From positions 372,001-436,000 of the forward strand of contig JAAOMT010000523.1 in NCBI GenBank assembly GCA_016748015.1: a stretch of DNA of 64,000 bases, written 5' to 3'. How positions within the stretch are numbered: the first letter of the stretch is position 1; each line of letters starts with the position of its first letter. The position numbers were made by a program, and so were the translations under genes. The stretch comes from Geosiphon pyriformis uo1 (taxonomy: Eukaryota; Fungi; Glomeromycota). The notes under the pieces were generated by a model, which was not told where the DNA came from, made no database searches, and saw only the letters and a program-made list of their open reading frames with translations. Positions 61,201 to 64,000 of this stretch are shown in pieces.

Positions 61201-63314
61201 AATTAATTTGATAAATATTTTGATTATTATTTTTTTAAAAAAATACCAAAAGAATCTAAAAGTAGAAAAATAGTTTATATTATTAACGAAAAATAACACA
61301 ACTATTATAGCTATATGTTTTTGTTTACTTTTTTAATTTAATAATAAGTATTATTTGTATTTTTTGGTAAATATTTATTTAATATGCTTTATAAAATTTA
61401 ACAATATAGAAATTAGAAAAAGGAAAAAAAAACAAAAAAGTTTATATTGTATTAATTTTTGTCCAAATAAATTAATTAAGTAAAGATTTGATTGTAAATA
61501 ATTTTTATGATTTTAAAAAATTTTACTTATATACTTTCAAAAAATTAATAATTTAATTAATAATCAGATAAATAATCAGATTAATAATTAGGTTAATAAT
61601 TATATCAATAATTTATTAAAAAAAAAATGATTAATATAAATAATATTAATAGTTAATACATGCGATTAAATATAATTAGATAAATAATATATTTAAACTT
61701 AAAAAATTTAATATTTACAGTTTTTTTATAATGATTGTAAACTGAATTTTAGAAACAAGTATTAAATAAAAAAATATGATATATAATTAACTTAATTAAA
61801 AAAACATTTTAATATTTTAAAAAATAGTTTGGCTAATATTATAACAAAAAACTTCGAATTTTGTGTATTAATTATAATTTAATATTAAAATAAGATATTT
61901 AAAAGCTATAAATAAAATTCCTCACTCTTAAATTAATAAACAAAATAAATAAAAAAAATTTGCATTTTAGAAAATATTAAATATTTTGTTAAAAAAACTT
62001 ATAAACAATTTGTTATACTTATTGAAAAATAAATTCAAATTTTAGTATAAAATTTAAATTTTCATTTATATTTTGAGTTTATTAACAGGATTATAATAAG
62101 TTCGTATATTTATATTATGTATTTATATGTTTTAAGAATAATATTGTATATTATAAGTTTTTTTTTGTTTTTTGGAAAATACTAATATTGGTTAAGTTAA
62201 ACTTATTTGTAATACTTTAAATTATATATAATATTAATATATAATAATATAGTTTATTTGGTTTTTTGTAAAAAAAAAAATTTTTAAACTTTGGTTTTAA
62301 AAAAATTTTGTTAATTTCAAATTTTACCAAAATATGATTATTTAACATAAAAAAATATTTAATATTAAATACCAAATTAAGAATTAAATATAAAAAAAGA
62401 GAGTTTATAATAATTAATATATTATTGTTAAATATAATAAAAAATTTAATAATTGTTTTTAACCAAAAAAAACTTTGTATAAGTTAAGTATTGTTAAAAA
62501 TTATGCAATATGTTTTGATTTTAAACAAAATTATTTGTTTTTTCAGATATGTATTGTAATATTTTTGTTATATTAAGTATATAATATTGTTTTAATTTAC
62601 CAAATAACTAGTTATATTATAAACTGTGTTTATTTTAGAACATATATCTTAATATAATATAATATAATAAATAATAAAGACTAATAAAAACTTTAAAAAA
62701 ATATGTTTTAAAACAGTAGTAGTAAATTTAAAGTTTTTAAAAACTTAGAACCAGAGATTGAACAATCTTAAAAAAATGCTTTTTTTAAAAATTACAAAAA
62801 AATTAATTGCATTTATAGATAAAAAAGTTGGTAGTTGTTTTTGACCGTTTTTTTTTGGTTATTTAAAAAGTGATATTGAAAGTAACAATTGAAAACAGTA
62901 ACTTCACTACTGGTTTATTTTTAAAGATCTTAGAATTCTTCACAGTTAATAACAACGACACTAAAACTGGTGTGTTTTTTTGAAAAAACTTTAATTAAAA
63001 AAAGATTGCTTTTTATCCAAAATATTTAAAAAAAATGTTTTTATAACACTCTGTTTAACTGTTTTTAGAAAAAGTAATGATTTTTCTTTTTACTCTTTGT
63101 TCTGCTTATGATCATAAAAATAATATTATTGTAGATTGGACTTAGAAAAATCAAAATTTTAAATTATTCTATAAAGTTTACAAATAATGAAGATGAAATT
63201 TTATTATTTATTTTATTATTTTTTTGAAATATAACAACAAAATTTAATTTGGGTTGTTATTTATTATATTGTATGCTACATTCTTTGAAATTTTTAGCTA
63301 AAAAAACTATTGAG

Positions 63315-63359
<45 letters not shown>
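63315..63359. repeat. (AAT)n microsatellite at a desert/gene-island border
   Basis: Perfect aat run. Confidence 0.95.
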
Positions 63360-63640
63360 GTCATTTTTCAAAATCTAACTTTTAATTTTTCACATATGAA
63401 TTTTATTTTATAAACCATTTTAAGATTTTTAAAAGACCTATTGCAAGAGAAAAATTTTAAAAGGCGCATAATTTTTTCAAGTAATTAAAAAATCTTCATT
63501 ATAATTGTAATGGGCGCAATCAATATGATTATTAATCACATTTAGTAATCTTTATTTGAGATCTACTGTACGTCATTATCAACATTTATTTTAAAATACT
63601 TAGCCATACAATTACATACGTTTTTTTGACCACCAAAAAA

Positions 63641-64000
63641 ATGGCAGAACTTTTGAATCTCAAAGAAACCAAGAAAATTCGGAAAATAGTAACTCCTCTT
63701 CACCGGCCACCTATTAACAAAATTTCGATGATTACGAATCCAATGAAGTTTTATTATAACAGTATAAATGTTGCCATGTGATAAGTCAAAATCAGGAATA
63801 TGTGGCTAAGACTCGACAGTACAAATTGGAAAAATAATTCCCGATACTATACAATCGATTTGACTTTAACAAGAAACACATCTCCACCATTTTCACCTAA
63901 TTCATATCAACAACAACAGGCTTAAATTACCAATTCAATTGATAATGGCATTCTGTTAACAAGATGACGTCGAAGAAGTTTTGAAGCTGCTTCTCTTGCA
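63641..64000 (+). pseudogene. Possible start of a disrupted gene running off the window
   Basis: aaaaATG context and normal CpG content. Coding-like S/N/Q-rich segments lie in shifting frames with TAA/TGA interruptions; no recognisable domain. Confidence 0.25.

Overview
This is eukaryotic, very AT-rich fungal DNA with short GT-AG introns. Gene content and repeat style suggest Glomeromycotina, possibly Geosiphon-like; that is my inference from family recognition, not a search. Gene islands with normal CpG alternate with near-pure A/T deserts. Intact genes: a 4-repeat Myb protein, a MetR/Cys-3-type bZIP factor, an MBOAT_2 acyltransferase, verprolin/WIP, a ubiquitin-like + ADP-ribosyltransferase fusion, and DNMT2/TRDMT1. 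Damaged genes: a cytochrome P450 with a frameshift after the heme Cys, a Sel1-repeat gene and an N/Q-rich orphan. Mobile DNA: two full-length but dead RNase H-bearing LINEs, a third far more decayed copy, a ~110-bp LINE 3' fragment and a Tc1/mariner relic. The main signals are: (1) directional C>T/G>A hypermutation of repeats, not limited to CpG, which grades from readable LINEs into the AT deserts and looks RIP-like in a lineage where RIP is not established; (2) a decaying bacterial-style insert at 6.2-7.7 kb with a sigma70 promoter, a small NLS-bearing ORF and a double-HIT membrane-anchored pseudogene, resembling endobacterial DNA; (3) an intact non-cleavable Ubl-ART candidate toxin/effector; (4) structured 5' leaders on the LINEs with HDV-ribozyme-like motifs; (5) recurrent microhomology-flanked deletions, two of which remove catalytic residues. 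All alignments and counts were done by hand.
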